Shown piece by piece: positions 38,431 to 49,237 of a stretch of 64,000 nucleotides of DNA; positions within the stretch are counted from its first letter, which is position 1; every line of letters starts with the position of its first letter. The stretch is from Bacteroidaceae bacterium. GTDB taxonomy: Bacteria > Bacteroidota > Bacteroidia > Bacteroidales > Bacteroidaceae. A program made the translations under genes and the position numbers. A model generated the notes under the pieces. It worked only from the letters and a program-made list of their open reading frames with translations, searched no databases and was not told the origin of the DNA. The stretch spans positions 6,623 through 70,622 of the forward strand of contig JAIKZH010000081.1 in the NCBI GenBank assembly GCA_024682395.1, written 5' to 3'.

Positions 38431-38733
38431 TTAATATTGATGATAAGATATTAAAAAGAGAATAACATAGAATATAATAATTAGAATACTCGCAATTACG
38501 CCCCCAATAGCTCCCCACATTGCCCATTTCTTTGCTTTTGCGGCTTCGGCAATGGCTTGATCATATGCTCCCATTGCCCATAATGAATCAACTCGTGTTG
38601 CACTTACGATTGATACAATACCAAATGGTAAACAGCATAACACAGTGCATAAGATACCCCATACTAAGTTGTTTTCTGGCTTCTCAGCATAACTTCTGGT
38701 TCTTTCTTGAGTGTTGTATTCTTGATTTTCCAT
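38431..38733 (-). CDS. CD225/dispanin (IFITM-like) family small membrane protein
   Basis: NLVWGILCTVLCCLPFGIVSIVSATRV...AIAEAAKAKKWAMWGAIGGVIASILIIIF: two hydrophobic segments around a conserved amphipathic linker, typical of CD225. Confidence 0.65.
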   Translation of the reverse strand: MENQEYNTQERTRSYAEKPENNLVWGILCTVLCCLPFGIVSIVSATRVDSLWAMGAYDQAIAEAAKAKKWAMWGAIGGVIASILIIIFYVILFLISYHQY

Positions 38734-38754
38734 AACTTTGTGGTTTTTAAGTGG

Positions 38755-40842
38755 TTAATGGTTTATAGATAGTTCATTTATAAGTCGTTTGGCTTTACCA
38801 TAGTCTTCAATCACACTGAGGACATATCTTATATCCACACCGATACATCGTTGTAGATTTCTGTCAAATTTAAAGTCGCTACTCATTGCTTCCCAGTTAC
38901 CGTCGAATGCTAATCCAATGAGTTGCCCCTTTCCGTTAAATATTCCGCTTCCGCTGTTACCGCCTGTGATATCATTATTTGTAATGAAACACAATGGAAG
39001 GTTATGTGTGTCGTCAAGATATTGTTCTCCAAAATCATTATCATTAAGCCATTTTTCAACCTCTGGTATGAGTTTATATTCTGGATTATCAACTTGATTC
39101 TTTGATTTGTCGATAAGTGATTGAGGGTATGTTGTGTAGTTGTTATTTAATGGTTTGATTGTTCCGTATGAGAGTCTTAGAGTGAAATTGGCATCAGGAT
39201 ATAATTCTTTGTCTTTATTCATTTCTCTTAATGCTTCTTCAAATACCCTTTCGTTTTGTTCTATCTCAGTGCGGTTTGGATAATTCTCGCTTAAACAAGC
39301 TCGTATGCTTATGGCTATATCAAAGAATGGATCGGAGATTATATCATCTACATTTTTGATCTTTGTATATCGTGATTTGTCTCCGAGTTTCGATTTTGCA
39401 TAAAGTGCATCAGTGAAGGCATCTATGTCGCCTCCGTAACAACTATCGATTTCATCGAAGAAATCAGGTCTGTTTTGTGGATTTATGCTCATCTGCAGAT
39501 AGTTCTTTGCCATAGCTGCAAATACTTTCTTATCCAACTCTATATCTATTCCGTCGTAGAACTCTTTGAGATTCTTTCTGAATGCTTTGTTTTTGGTGAT
39601 GTTATGTCTCATTACTTTGTTGATGATATAATTTAATATATCACTGCCAGAAGTAAACGATTCTACTAATAGTATATAAGTGTATTGTTTTTCAAAATTG
39701 TTTTCGTATTGCTTCTTTAAACTATCTAATACACCAAGATATTTGGACTCATTATTATTAATAATCCATTCGTTAACTTCCTTTTCCAACTCTTTCTTTT
39801 CGTCTGCTACTTTCAGGTTTTTTAATGCTTCGTTTTGTCCATAAGCATATTTCATGTGGTTAGAACTGGAGAAATATCTTGAGGCATATTTGATGTCTAT
39901 TTCTTCATCTGCTTTCATGGCTTTGTTAAGAATGCCAAGTTTAAGGTCGCGGACTTTATAGATGATATCGTTAATGGTTGTCATGTTACTTTCTATACCA
40001 TAACTGCTTAGATATCTTTCAGTACTTCCTGGAAATCCTAAAGTCATGCAAAATGCCCCAGGCTGATAGCCTTTGACTGATATCTGGGCGTATCTCTTGG
40101 GATGGAACGGTTGGTTGTTCTTGTTATAATCTGCAGGTTGATTGTTTTTGTCTGCATATATTCTGAAAACACTGAAATCGCATGTCTGTCGTGGCCATTC
40201 CCAGTTGTCAGTGTCGCCTCCGAACTGTCCGAGACTTCTTGGTGGGGCAAAAACCAGTCTTACATCATTATATCTTTGATAGATACTCAAATAAAACTTA
40301 TTATCACGATTATAAGACTTTACTACTCCATATATGAAATTTGGGTTATCTGTAACCTCTTCCTCAATAGAGTACATAGCCTCTTTTATAGTTTTTAATC
40401 GTTGCTTTACATCCATTGAGTCGTTAACCTGCGACAAAACTCTGTCTGTTACATCAATGGTTTTGAGATGAAATAACACATATAATCCGTCGTTAGGTAA
40501 CTCTTCCTTATAGTTGTTAGCTATGAATCCGTTTTTTAGGTAATTGTGTTTTACTGTCGTGTGTTCGTTGATTGCATCGAATCCACAATGGTGATTTGTG
40601 AAAACCAATCCATCGTTGCTGACAACTACTCCCGAACAGAACCCACCGAAAATAACTACGGCATCGTTCAACGAAGGCTGTTCGGTGCTGTAAAGTTCGT
40701 CTTGACTTAATTCCAATCCCATTGAGTGTAAAATACTATCAGTGCGTGATGATAGGTTGCTTATCATCCACATTCCCTCATCGGCTTTAGTGTGATGAAA
40801 AACTATGAGTAGAAGTAATGTCAATAGGATTTTAGCTTTCAT
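38755..40842 (-). CDS. S46 family dipeptidyl-peptidase (DPP7/DPP11-like)
   Basis: Signal peptide then ADEGMWM, catalytic His region FTNHHCG, and Ser region ITGGNSGSGIFN. Confidence 0.85.
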   Translation of the reverse strand: MKAKILLTLLLLIVFHHTKADEGMWMISNLSSRTDSILHSMGLELSQDELYSTEQPSLNDAVVIFGGFCSGVVVSNDGLVFTNHHCGFDAINEHTTVKHNYLKNGFIANNYKEELPNDGLYVLFHLKTIDVTDRVLSQVNDSMDVKQRLKTIKEAMYSIEEEVTDNPNFIYGVVKSYNRDNKFYLSIYQRYNDVRLVFAPPRSLGQFGGDTDNWEWPRQTCDFSVFRIYADKNNQPADYNKNNQPFHPKRYAQISVKGYQPGAFCMTLGFPGSTERYLSSYGIESNMTTINDIIYKVRDLKLGILNKAMKADEEIDIKYASRYFSSSNHMKYAYGQNEALKNLKVADEKKELEKEVNEWIINNNESKYLGVLDSLKKQYENNFEKQYTYILLVESFTSGSDILNYIINKVMRHNITKNKAFRKNLKEFYDGIDIELDKKVFAAMAKNYLQMSINPQNRPDFFDEIDSCYGGDIDAFTDALYAKSKLGDKSRYTKIKNVDDIISDPFFDIAISIRACLSENYPNRTEIEQNERVFEEALREMNKDKELYPDANFTLRLSYGTIKPLNNNYTTYPQSLIDKSKNQVDNPEYKLIPEVEKWLNDNDFGEQYLDDTHNLPLCFITNNDITGGNSGSGIFNGKGQLIGLAFDGNWEAMSSDFKFDRNLQRCIGVDIRYVLSVIEDYGKAKRLINELSINH

Positions 40843-40848
40843 ATATTA

Positions 40849-42315
40849 TTATTGTTTTTTGTTAAATAACTTGCTAAGAACCGGAATGCGTTTTACTGGA
40901 AGATCGTGGTAAATTATATGTCCAGCAAATGCCAATATAAGGATTGTGTTGATTACTAACCTCCATGTTGTTGATTCAACATAATCAGGCAATAGATACA
41001 TAACTGTAAACAATACGGCTGTAAGCAATGTATATATCGTGATAGACTTCAAATCATATTTTATAGGGTTCTTCTTTTGTCCGATGATATATGAGAGAAT
41101 CATTGCGATACCATATCCTACTACACCTCCCCAAGCACAAGCCATGTATCCGTATTCAGGAACAAAAATGATATTTACGGCTATCAAGGCAGAACATCCT
41201 GCTAATGCGAACCAAGCTCCCCATATGGTTTTGTCAATAAGTTTGTACCAGAAAGACAAGTTAAAGTATATTCCCATCATGATTTCAGCAACCATTACTA
41301 TAGGAACTGATTTAAGACCTTCGTGGTATTTAGACTCGATGATATTTTTCAAAATGTCGATATATCCCATTACGCATAGGAATGCGAAAAGAGTGAATAT
41401 TATGAAATATTTCATTGCTGATGCATAATATTCTTTTGAGTCTTTGTTTTTACTTTCAGCAAACACGATTGGTTCATAGGCGTATCTAAATGCTTGTGTA
41501 ATCATTGCCATAATCATTGCAATCTTAACACATGCCCCATATATTCCTAACTGAATGTTGGCCTCAGTTTGAGTATATCCACCTAAACGTGTATAGATTA
41601 TAGGGAATGTCTGTTTGTCGAATGTCTGGTTTAATATTCCAGCTATTCCTAATAGAAGAATAGGCCATGAATACTTAAACATTCGTCTTAGAAGAGCAAA
41701 GTCGAATTTCCATTTAATGTGGAGGAATTCAGGGATAAAGAAGAATGTTATAAGACCTGTACATATGAGATTGAGAACAAATACATACAAGATGTCTCGA
41801 CCTTCTAACTCCACGAAATACAAGAGATTAAGACCGATGTTCAGACCGATGAACAACATCTTTAGACATGCAAATTTTATAGGTCTTTTCTGGTATCTCA
41901 ATAAAGAGAACGGAATGGCCTGAATGGCATCTAATCCCACTACAACTGCCATTATCAGGATATATTCTTTATTATAACCCATGACATTGCTTATCGGGGT
42001 AATAAATATGAATACACATGCTAAAAACAATGCAGTAAGGGATGAAATTAGCCCAAACGACGTAGAGAATACAGTGTCGGGATTCTCTTCTTCTTTGTTG
42101 GCGAAACGGAAAAAGGTGGTTTCCATTCCGAATGTGAGTATTACCAGAAAGAAAGCAGCATAGGCATATGCGTTGGTGATAATACCATATCCTCCGCTTT
42201 CTGCTTTAATAATGTTTGTATAAAGTGGAACGAGCAGATAGTTGAGAAATCTTCCTATAATACTACTCAGCCCGTATATTGCTGTATCTTTTGCGAGTCC
42301 TTTTAAATTTGGCAT
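40849..42315 (-). CDS. MOP-superfamily polysaccharide/oligosaccharide flippase (Wzx/MurJ-like)
   Basis: ~14 TM helices, 488 aa, N-terminal AKDTAIYGLSSIIGRFLNYLLVPLYT typical of polysaccharide biosynthesis transporters. Confidence 0.7.
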   Translation of the reverse strand: MPNLKGLAKDTAIYGLSSIIGRFLNYLLVPLYTNIIKAESGGYGIITNAYAYAAFFLVILTFGMETTFFRFANKEEENPDTVFSTSFGLISSLTALFLACVFIFITPISNVMGYNKEYILIMAVVVGLDAIQAIPFSLLRYQKRPIKFACLKMLFIGLNIGLNLLYFVELEGRDILYVFVLNLICTGLITFFFIPEFLHIKWKFDFALLRRMFKYSWPILLLGIAGILNQTFDKQTFPIIYTRLGGYTQTEANIQLGIYGACVKIAMIMAMITQAFRYAYEPIVFAESKNKDSKEYYASAMKYFIIFTLFAFLCVMGYIDILKNIIESKYHEGLKSVPIVMVAEIMMGIYFNLSFWYKLIDKTIWGAWFALAGCSALIAVNIIFVPEYGYMACAWGGVVGYGIAMILSYIIGQKKNPIKYDLKSITIYTLLTAVLFTVMYLLPDYVESTTWRLVINTILILAFAGHIIYHDLPVKRIPVLSKLFNKKQ

Positions 42316-42359
42316 ATTTGAGTGTAAGACTTATGATTATATTGTTTGTTTTTGTTTAT

Positions 42360-43400
42360 TTAATCAAATAAACTGTTCATACCGCTATCTTTGCTTATTG
42401 GACGTTTTCTTCCAAGGTGCTTGTATGCTAAATCTGTCGCTTCACGACCTCTTGGGGTGCGCTTAAGGAATCCTTCCATTATAAGGAATGGTTCATATAC
42501 TTCTTCGACAGTTCCAGAGTCTTCTCCAACAGCAGTTGCAATAGTGCTGATTCCAACAGGTCCTCCGTTGAATTTATCGATAATGGTAGTGAGTATCTTA
42601 TTATCCACTTCGTCGAGACCATACTTGTCTATGTTGAGCGATTCAAGTGCCATTTGTGCGATATGCATGTTGATGGTTCCATTGCCCTTAACCTGAGCAA
42701 AATCGCGTACGCGGCGGAGGAGGGCATTAGCTATTCGTGGCGTACCACGACTTCTACTTGCTATCTCAATTGCAGAATCGGTGTCGCATGGGATATTTAA
42801 CAGACGTGCTGAACGAAGAACAATCTTTGATAGTATATCTGTGTCGTAATATTCCAAATGTAGGTTTATTCCGAATCGTGCTCGAAGTGGGGCTGTAAGC
42901 AAACCGCTTCGTGTAGTTGCGCCTACGAGTGTGAATGGATTAAGGTCGATTTGAATACTTCGTGCAGATGGACCTTTGTCGAGCATTATGTCGATTCTGT
43001 AGTCTTCCATCGCGGAATAAAGATATTCCTCGACAACAGGACTCAAACGATGGATTTCATCGATGAAAAGGACATCATTCTCTTCTAAAGAGGTGAGTAT
43101 TCCTGCCAAATCACCTGGCTTGTCAAGGACTGGACCTGATGTGATTTTAAATCCAACTCCCAATTCGTTAGCGATGATTTGAGACAATGTAGTTTTACCC
43201 AATCCTGGAGGACCGTGTAAAAGTGTATGGTCAAGAGGTTCGGAACGATATTTTGCGGCTTCAACGAAGATTCTGAGGTTTTCTACTATCTTTTGTTGCC
43301 CGCTAAAATCATTAAAAGTCAGCGGACGTAGTGCATTCTCAAAATCTTTCTCCTTTGCTTGAACGTATTGTTCCTCGTGAATGTCAAAGTTTTTGTCCAT
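42360..43400 (-). CDS. ruvB: Holliday junction branch migration DNA helicase RuvB
   Basis: Walker [10 protein letters not shown], Walker [10 protein letters not shown], sensor GATTRSG. Confidence 0.95.
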   Translation of the reverse strand: MDKNFDIHEEQYVQAKEKDFENALRPLTFNDFSGQQKIVENLRIFVEAAKYRSEPLDHTLLHGPPGLGKTTLSQIIANELGVGFKITSGPVLDKPGDLAGILTSLEENDVLFIDEIHRLSPVVEEYLYSAMEDYRIDIMLDKGPSARSIQIDLNPFTLVGATTRSGLLTAPLRARFGINLHLEYYDTDILSKIVLRSARLLNIPCDTDSAIEIASRSRGTPRIANALLRRVRDFAQVKGNGTINMHIAQMALESLNIDKYGLDEVDNKILTTIIDKFNGGPVGISTIATAVGEDSGTVEEVYEPFLIMEGFLKRTPRGREATDLAYKHLGRKRPISKDSGMNSLFD

Positions 43401-43891
43401 TAATTAACTCGATTAAAGTCGCGTGCAACCAAAAGGAATTCTATAGGAAGAGTGAATTTGCATTTTACTAATTCTACAGTGCCGTCAGAATGGACTTCTT
43501 TGTATGGCTCCCATTTAGGCATTGCGCTAATCAGTCTTATTGCTTCTGCGTCACATTCTTCATTCAATGATTTGAGAATTTTTATATCGCTTAGGCTGCC
43601 ATCTGTATTTACATAGAAAGACACGATAACACGTCCTTCCACTCTGTCTGCTTTTGACTTAGCAGGATAACGAAGACTGTCACTCAAGTATTTGCTGCAT
43701 GCAATGTTACCGCCAGGGAATTGAGGCATAACCTTGGTTACATTTCCTGAACCAGAAGTGACAACCTGTGTGTTGGCACTCTGCTGTTTTAATAAAGCTT
43801 CTTTAGCTGCTTCTATTTCTGCTTGAGACTGTGCCATTATGCTACTTGTAACAAAAAGCATCATGCTGAAAAACATTATAATCTTTTTCAT
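43400..43891 (-). CDS. TonB C-terminal domain (energy transducer TonB family) protein
   Basis: Signal/anchor segment, then PQFPGG...[33 protein letters not shown], a TonB-C motif. Its stop overlaps the ruvB start (TAATG). Confidence 0.65.
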   Translation of the reverse strand: MKKIIMFFSMMLFVTSSIMAQSQAEIEAAKEALLKQQSANTQVVTSGSGNVTKVMPQFPGGNIACSKYLSDSLRYPAKSKADRVEGRVIVSFYVNTDGSLSDIKILKSLNEECDAEAIRLISAMPKWEPYKEVHSDGTVELVKCKFTLPIEFLLVARDFNRVN

Positions 43892-44004
43892 AATTCTTAT
43901 TGTTTTTTGGTTGTTTATAATCGTAATAAAACTGTTATGATATCATATTTTGATGATAAATTCAATCAATCGTGATTTGGGTGAAATCAAAACTAATTAT
44001 TCTG

Positions 44005-44012
44005 CAAAGATA
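44005..44012 (-). promoter_or_regulatory. -7 box (TATCTTTG on minus strand) upstream of the tonB-like/ruvB operon
   Basis: The plus strand reads CAAAGATA, 114 nt upstream of the ATG at 43891. Confidence 0.35.
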
Positions 44013-44158
44013 CAATAAATTTCATATAACCTCAAAAAAACTAAAAATTCTTTTATGTCGAATCCCTTTTTTGCCTTTACAGTTTTTGAATTCAATAAAT
44101 CTTTTCATTTGTATCTTTTCTTTTTGTTGAAAAAAACTGAAATGTCAAAAAAACTCAT

Positions 44159-44166
44159 TATATTTG
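44159..44166 (+). promoter_or_regulatory. -7 box (TATATTTG) for porW
   Basis: Matches TAnnTTTG, ~100 nt upstream of the ATG at 44268. Confidence 0.4.
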
Positions 44167-44267
44167 CAAGTAGTTTGCGATATTATGTAATAAAGTTTTG
44201 TTATCAACGTTATTAATATTATCGTAATGTTGTGAAATGTGTTTATTTACATGTAGATAATAGCGGT

Positions 44268-47144
44268 ATGAAACGATTTGCGGATATTCTTTTTGCAATA
44301 TTTATAGTTTTCTTTGTTGTTTCGTGTTCTACACAAAAGAATACGAGTGGCACTCGTTTCGTACATTCATTTAAGGCTAAGTACAATACATACTACAACG
44401 GAGCCTTGGCATATAATGAGGCTTATGAGGCTCAACGTACTGGTAATAAGGATAATTATCTTGAACTGCTTCCTTTTTATATAACAGGTAATAGAGGAAC
44501 CTTGGGTATCGGTAAGTCTGGATATGAACGTGCGATAGAAAAATCTCAGAAAACAATAAAACTGCATTCTATCACAAAAAAACCTGATATGAGTGCCTCC
44601 AAACGCCGTTCTCCTAAAGGTAAGGCATATTTATCGCAAAAAGAATACAATCCTTTCCTTTATAAAGCATGGTTCTTGATGGGAAAGGCTCAGATGCAGA
44701 AAGGCGATTATATCGAAGCAATATCTACATTTGCTTATATCCAGCGTCTGTATCCTAATAAACCTAATATTGTGGCATTGGCAAAATTACTTGAGGCTCG
44801 ATGTAATGCCGAGATGCAATGGTATTTTGCAGCTGAGAATATAATAAATGAAACACGTCGTGATAGTTTCCCTACTAAATACAATTCTTTGCGTGCTGGA
44901 ATATTAGCCGATTGTCAGTTGCAACAGAAACAATATACTGAAGCTATCCCAAATCTTATTCAAGCTATTAAACGTCAGAAAGGTACAATTGAAAAAGCAC
45001 GTCTGTATTACTTGCTTGGACAACTATATCATAAAACTGACCAACCTCAGTTGGCATACAAAGCATTTAAGAAGGTGTATGCTAATAACCCTCCTTACGA
45101 GTTGGAATTCAATGCAAGGATTCAACAAACTGAGGTGCTTTCAAAAGGACAAGCTAAGCAGATGATAGGTAAACTTAACCGTATGGCTAAGAATCCTAAG
45201 AACAAGAGTTATCTTGATCAGGTGTATTATGCTATGGGTAATATCTATCTTGCAAAAGGCGACACACTGAATGCGATATATGCATATAACGATGGAGTGG
45301 AGAAAAGTACACGAAGTGGTATTGAGAAAGGAATTGTCTGGTTGCATTTAGGTCAGTTATACTGGGAAAGAGAAGAATTTGTGAAGGCTCAGAAATGTTA
45401 TGCAGGTGTTGTGACTTTGTTGGATAAAGAACGCGATGACTATTTAGATATATCTGAGAGATCAAGAATCCTTGATGAACTCCTTCCTTATGCCTCTGCT
45501 GTCGAATTGCAAGATAGTCTTCAAACTCTTGCAAAGATGGATTCTTTAGAAAGAATGGCTGTTATCGAAAAAATCATCGAAAATCTAAAGAAAGAAGAGA
45601 AAAAAGATGCCAGAAAAATGGCTGAAGACCAGCAGGCTCAACAAGCTCAACAGGCAAATGAGTTGCGAAAGCAAAATAATAACGCAACAAACAATCAACG
45701 TTTGTCAAACAAACAGCAGGCTGCTCTTTGGTATTTCTATAATCCTTCTGTAGTGGCTTCGGGTAAAGCTGAATTCCAAAGGAAATGGGGCGAGATAGAG
45801 TTGGCTGACCAATGGAGACTAAATAGAAGAAATTTACGCGGAGATTCACGTAGATTCGATAATCCAAATGCTGCTAACGATGATTCAGGTGGACAAAGTG
45901 AAGAAGATCAGCAGTTTGAACAGGAGATGAGAAAAAAACAAGAATATGAAGCTGATCCTCATCATGTTGAATACTACCTAAAAGATATTCCGTTGACGGA
46001 AGAACAGATGGCGCAATCAAACGAAATGTTGGTGGATGGTCTGTTCAACTCTGCAATTATATATAAAGACCAAATGGAAAACTTTCCATTGGCAGAAAAA
46101 ACATTCTTGCGTATATGTAACGACTTCCCTAAATATGCTAATATGGATGAGGTTTACTATAACCTGTTCCAGTTGTATTCACGCTTTATGCATCCTTCCG
46201 AGGCAAGCACGTATAAACAACTGTTAATAAGGAAATATCCTAATAATGCTCATTCAATCTTACTCAAGGACCCTAAGTTCGAATATAAAGGCCGATATGG
46301 CAAACAAATTGAGGATTCGCTCTATCAAGATGCTTATCAGGCATATGTGTCGGATGATTATAATCGTGTGATTCGCAATGCTGATGAGGCAATAAAAGAG
46401 TATCCTGAAGGTGCAAACAGACCACGATTTATGTTCTTGAAGTCAATGAGCCAGTTAAACTTAGGACAACGTGACCAGTTTATGTCTTCTATGCGCAGTA
46501 TCGTCGAGAATTACCCTAAGAGTACTGTAAGCGATCTTGCAAATCAATATCTTACAGGTTTGAAGGATGGACGTATTCTCGCTAACGGAAAGATGGATAA
46601 TGGTTCTATCTGGGAAAGAAAAACTGGTGTTAGTGATGACGAGACTTTAGCCACAGATACAGTGTTTACAGATGACAAGATATGTAATTGGTCGTTTGTG
46701 ATCGCTTATGAACATGATAGTATCGATGTTAACCAATTATTATATGAGGTGGCAAGATACAATTTCTCTAATTTTTCAGTTCGTAGTTTCGATATCGAGA
46801 TTCAGCCAGGCGATGGAATAGATTTATTAAAAGTGTCTTCTTTCTTGAATTACGATGAGGCATATATCTATATCCATAAGATCATGAATGATAAACAAAT
46901 GGCATATAAATTAGAAGGTCTCAAGATGTTTATTATATCAGACGACAACCTGAAGAAAATCATGAAGGGACTCAGCTTCGCTGATTATTTCGACTTCTAT
47001 GAGAAACGATTCGATCGAATCGGACATCTCAAACTTGATGATAGTATTCTTGATGAACCAACAAATATTCCAGATCCAGAGGATATGGTTGAGGATGAAG
47101 AATATTTTGATGATTTTGAAGAGGAAGAAAACTATATTTTCTGA
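44268..47144 (+). CDS. porW: T9SS periplasmic TPR lipoprotein PorW/SprE
   Basis: Lipobox FFVVSC-STQKNTSGTRFVHSFKAKYNTYYNG (the conserved SprE/PorW N-terminus as I recall it), TPR repeats, a Q-rich low-complexity tract and an acidic C-terminus. ATG 44268 (MKRFADILF...) is preferred over the listed GTG at 44232. Confidence 0.75.
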   Translation: MKRFADILFAIFIVFFVVSCSTQKNTSGTRFVHSFKAKYNTYYNGALAYNEAYEAQRTGNKDNYLELLPFYITGNRGTLGIGKSGYERAIEKSQKTIKLHSITKKPDMSASKRRSPKGKAYLSQKEYNPFLYKAWFLMGKAQMQKGDYIEAISTFAYIQRLYPNKPNIVALAKLLEARCNAEMQWYFAAENIINETRRDSFPTKYNSLRAGILADCQLQQKQYTEAIPNLIQAIKRQKGTIEKARLYYLLGQLYHKTDQPQLAYKAFKKVYANNPPYELEFNARIQQTEVLSKGQAKQMIGKLNRMAKNPKNKSYLDQVYYAMGNIYLAKGDTLNAIYAYNDGVEKSTRSGIEKGIVWLHLGQLYWEREEFVKAQKCYAGVVTLLDKERDDYLDISERSRILDELLPYASAVELQDSLQTLAKMDSLERMAVIEKIIENLKKEEKKDARKMAEDQQAQQAQQANELRKQNNNATNNQRLSNKQQAALWYFYNPSVVASGKAEFQRKWGEIELADQWRLNRRNLRGDSRRFDNPNAANDDSGGQSEEDQQFEQEMRKKQEYEADPHHVEYYLKDIPLTEEQMAQSNEMLVDGLFNSAIIYKDQMENFPLAEKTFLRICNDFPKYANMDEVYYNLFQLYSRFMHPSEASTYKQLLIRKYPNNAHSILLKDPKFEYKGRYGKQIEDSLYQDAYQAYVSDDYNRVIRNADEAIKEYPEGANRPRFMFLKSMSQLNLGQRDQFMSSMRSIVENYPKSTVSDLANQYLTGLKDGRILANGKMDNGSIWERKTGVSDDETLATDTVFTDDKICNWSFVIAYEHDSIDVNQLLYEVARYNFSNFSVRSFDIEIQPGDGIDLLKVSSFLNYDEAYIYIHKIMNDKQMAYKLEGLKMFIISDDNLKKIMKGLSFADYFDFYEKRFDRIGHLKLDDSILDEPTNIPDPEDMVEDEEYFDDFEEEENYIF

Positions 47145-47174
47145 TTAATGTTGTAAGAATTAATTCGCAAAACA

Positions 47175-48740
47175 ATGAATACTGATAATTACAATGCAAC
47201 CTTATTATGGGTTGATGACGAAATAGAGTTGCTTAAAGCTTATATCATTTTCCTTGAGAAAAAAGGATATAAGGTGGTAACTGCTACAAATGGACGCGAT
47301 GCTGTGGATATGTGCAGCGAGCAAACATTTGATATCATATTCTTGGATGAAAATATGCCAGGTATCAGTGGATTGGAAACTCTTTCACTTATAAAAGAGA
47401 TTAATTCAACTATACCTATTGTGATGGTTACAAAGAGCGAAGAGGAGAATATTATGAATCAGGCAATAGGACAGAAAATTGCTGATTATCTCATAAAACC
47501 CGTGAATCCATCGCAAATTCTGCTAACTTTGAAGAAACATCTTCATAAACGTGAGATAGAGAGTGAGGTTACTGATACCTCATACCGTCAGAACTTCCAG
47601 AAGATAGCCTTACAGATAAATGATTCATATACACTTGATGACTGGAAGGATGTGTATAGGAAACTTGTGTTTTGGGAATTGGAACTCAGTACAACCAATA
47701 GTGAGATGAGTGAGATGCTCAAAATGCAGAAAGCTGAGGCTAATCAAGAATTTGCTAAGTTTATTCGTAAAAACTATATGAAATGGATGGACGAACCTGA
47801 TAATCGTCCGTTAATGAGTCCTGATATATTTAAAAATAAGGTTTTCCCTCTTCTTAACAAAGGCGAAAAGGTCTTTGTGATTGTATTTGATAATTTCAGA
47901 TATGATCAATGGAGAGTGTTAAGTCAGGATCTTGCCGATGACTTCGTCTTTGAGGAAGATTTATATTTGAGCATCTTACCAACTGCCACTCAATATGCGC
48001 GTAATGCTATATTCGCAGGATTGATGCCAACTCAGATTGCTCAATATTTTCCTGAATTATGGGTAGATGAGAACGAGGAGGAAGGTAAAAACTTAAACGA
48101 GGCTCCACTTATACAAACCCATTTGGAACGATTCCGCCGACATGAGAAATTCTCATATAATAAGGTTAATCATGCAAGTGATAGCGAAAAACTATTGAGC
48201 CAGTTTAATTCTTTATTACATAACGAACTAAATGTTATTGTGATAAACTTTATCGATATGCTCTCGCACGCAAGAACCGAGTCGAAGATGGTGCGTGAAT
48301 TGGCTTCCGATGAAACTGCATATCGAAGTATCACACAGTCGTGGTTCCGTCATTCTCCTATCCGAGAACTCTTCGATTTGCTCGCACAAACCGATGCACA
48401 TATTATAATAACTACAGATCATGGTTCGATAAAAGTAAATAACCCTATAAAGGTTATAGGCGACAAAAATACCAATACAAACCTAAGATATAAATTGGGT
48501 AAGAACCTTGGATATAATCCAAAAGAAATATTTGAGATACGTGATCCTAAACGTGCTTCACTTCCTTCTCCTAATATCAGTACAACCTATATTTTTGCGC
48601 AGAAGGACGATTTCTTCGCTTATCCCAACAACTACAACTATTATGCAAATTATTATAAGAATACATTTCAACATGGCGGAGTAAGTATGGAAGAAATGCT
48701 GATACCGCTTGTTTCACTTCAAAGTAAAAAAAGAAAATGA
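47175..48740 (+). CDS. porX: T9SS response regulator PorX (receiver domain plus PglZ/alkaline-phosphatase-like domain)
   Basis: Receiver [11 protein letters not shown]...[11 protein letters not shown]...VTKSEE. The ~350-aa C-terminal part is PglZ-like ([15 protein letters not shown]). It sits directly after porW. Confidence 0.8.
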   Translation: MNTDNYNATLLWVDDEIELLKAYIIFLEKKGYKVVTATNGRDAVDMCSEQTFDIIFLDENMPGISGLETLSLIKEINSTIPIVMVTKSEEENIMNQAIGQKIADYLIKPVNPSQILLTLKKHLHKREIESEVTDTSYRQNFQKIALQINDSYTLDDWKDVYRKLVFWELELSTTNSEMSEMLKMQKAEANQEFAKFIRKNYMKWMDEPDNRPLMSPDIFKNKVFPLLNKGEKVFVIVFDNFRYDQWRVLSQDLADDFVFEEDLYLSILPTATQYARNAIFAGLMPTQIAQYFPELWVDENEEEGKNLNEAPLIQTHLERFRRHEKFSYNKVNHASDSEKLLSQFNSLLHNELNVIVINFIDMLSHARTESKMVRELASDETAYRSITQSWFRHSPIRELFDLLAQTDAHIIITTDHGSIKVNNPIKVIGDKNTNTNLRYKLGKNLGYNPKEIFEIRDPKRASLPSPNISTTYIFAQKDDFFAYPNNYNYYANYYKNTFQHGGVSMEEMLIPLVSLQSKKRK

Positions 48741-49150
48741 TAATACAGATTGATTCAGTAGAATACATTCATGAAGCCGCCAAACAATTTATTAATGAAA
48801 TGGGGGCTAATAAATTGTTTGCTTTCTATGGTAAAATGGGGGTAGGTAAAACAACCTTCATCAAAGCAATATGTGAGGAACTTGGAGTAACCGATGTTAT
48901 TAATTCCCCTACATTTGCTATTGTTAATGAATACCTCGATAAGGATAAACAACAAATATACCATTTCGACTTCTATAGAATAAAGAAGCCAGAAGAGGTT
49001 CTGGATATCGGTTTCGAAGACTATATCTATAGTGACTGCCTTTGTTTTATGGAATGGCCTGAATTGATAGGCGATTATCTTCCTGACGAGACTGTCCGTG
49101 TGTATATAGAGGAATTAGATAACGGAACACGTGTTGTCAGAACAGAGTAA
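48737..49150 (+). CDS. tsaE: tRNA threonylcarbamoyladenosine biosynthesis ATPase TsaE
   Basis: Walker [29 protein letters not shown]. Its ATGA start overlaps the porX stop. Confidence 0.85.
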   Translation: MIIQIDSVEYIHEAAKQFINEMGANKLFAFYGKMGVGKTTFIKAICEELGVTDVINSPTFAIVNEYLDKDKQQIYHFDFYRIKKPEEVLDIGFEDYIYSDCLCFMEWPELIGDYLPDETVRVYIEELDNGTRVVRTE

Positions 49151-49184
49151 ACCGAAGTCATATATAATAATATAGTATATGGTG

Positions 49185-49204
49185 CGGGGGTATTCCCCGA
49201 TTTT
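49185..49204 (+). terminator. Weak hairpin terminator candidate after tsaE
   Basis: CGGGG-gtatt-CCCCG followed by ATTTT. Confidence 0.35.
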
Positions 49205-49237
49205 AGTGTCTTAAACTTTATCAATTTTTATTTAGGT

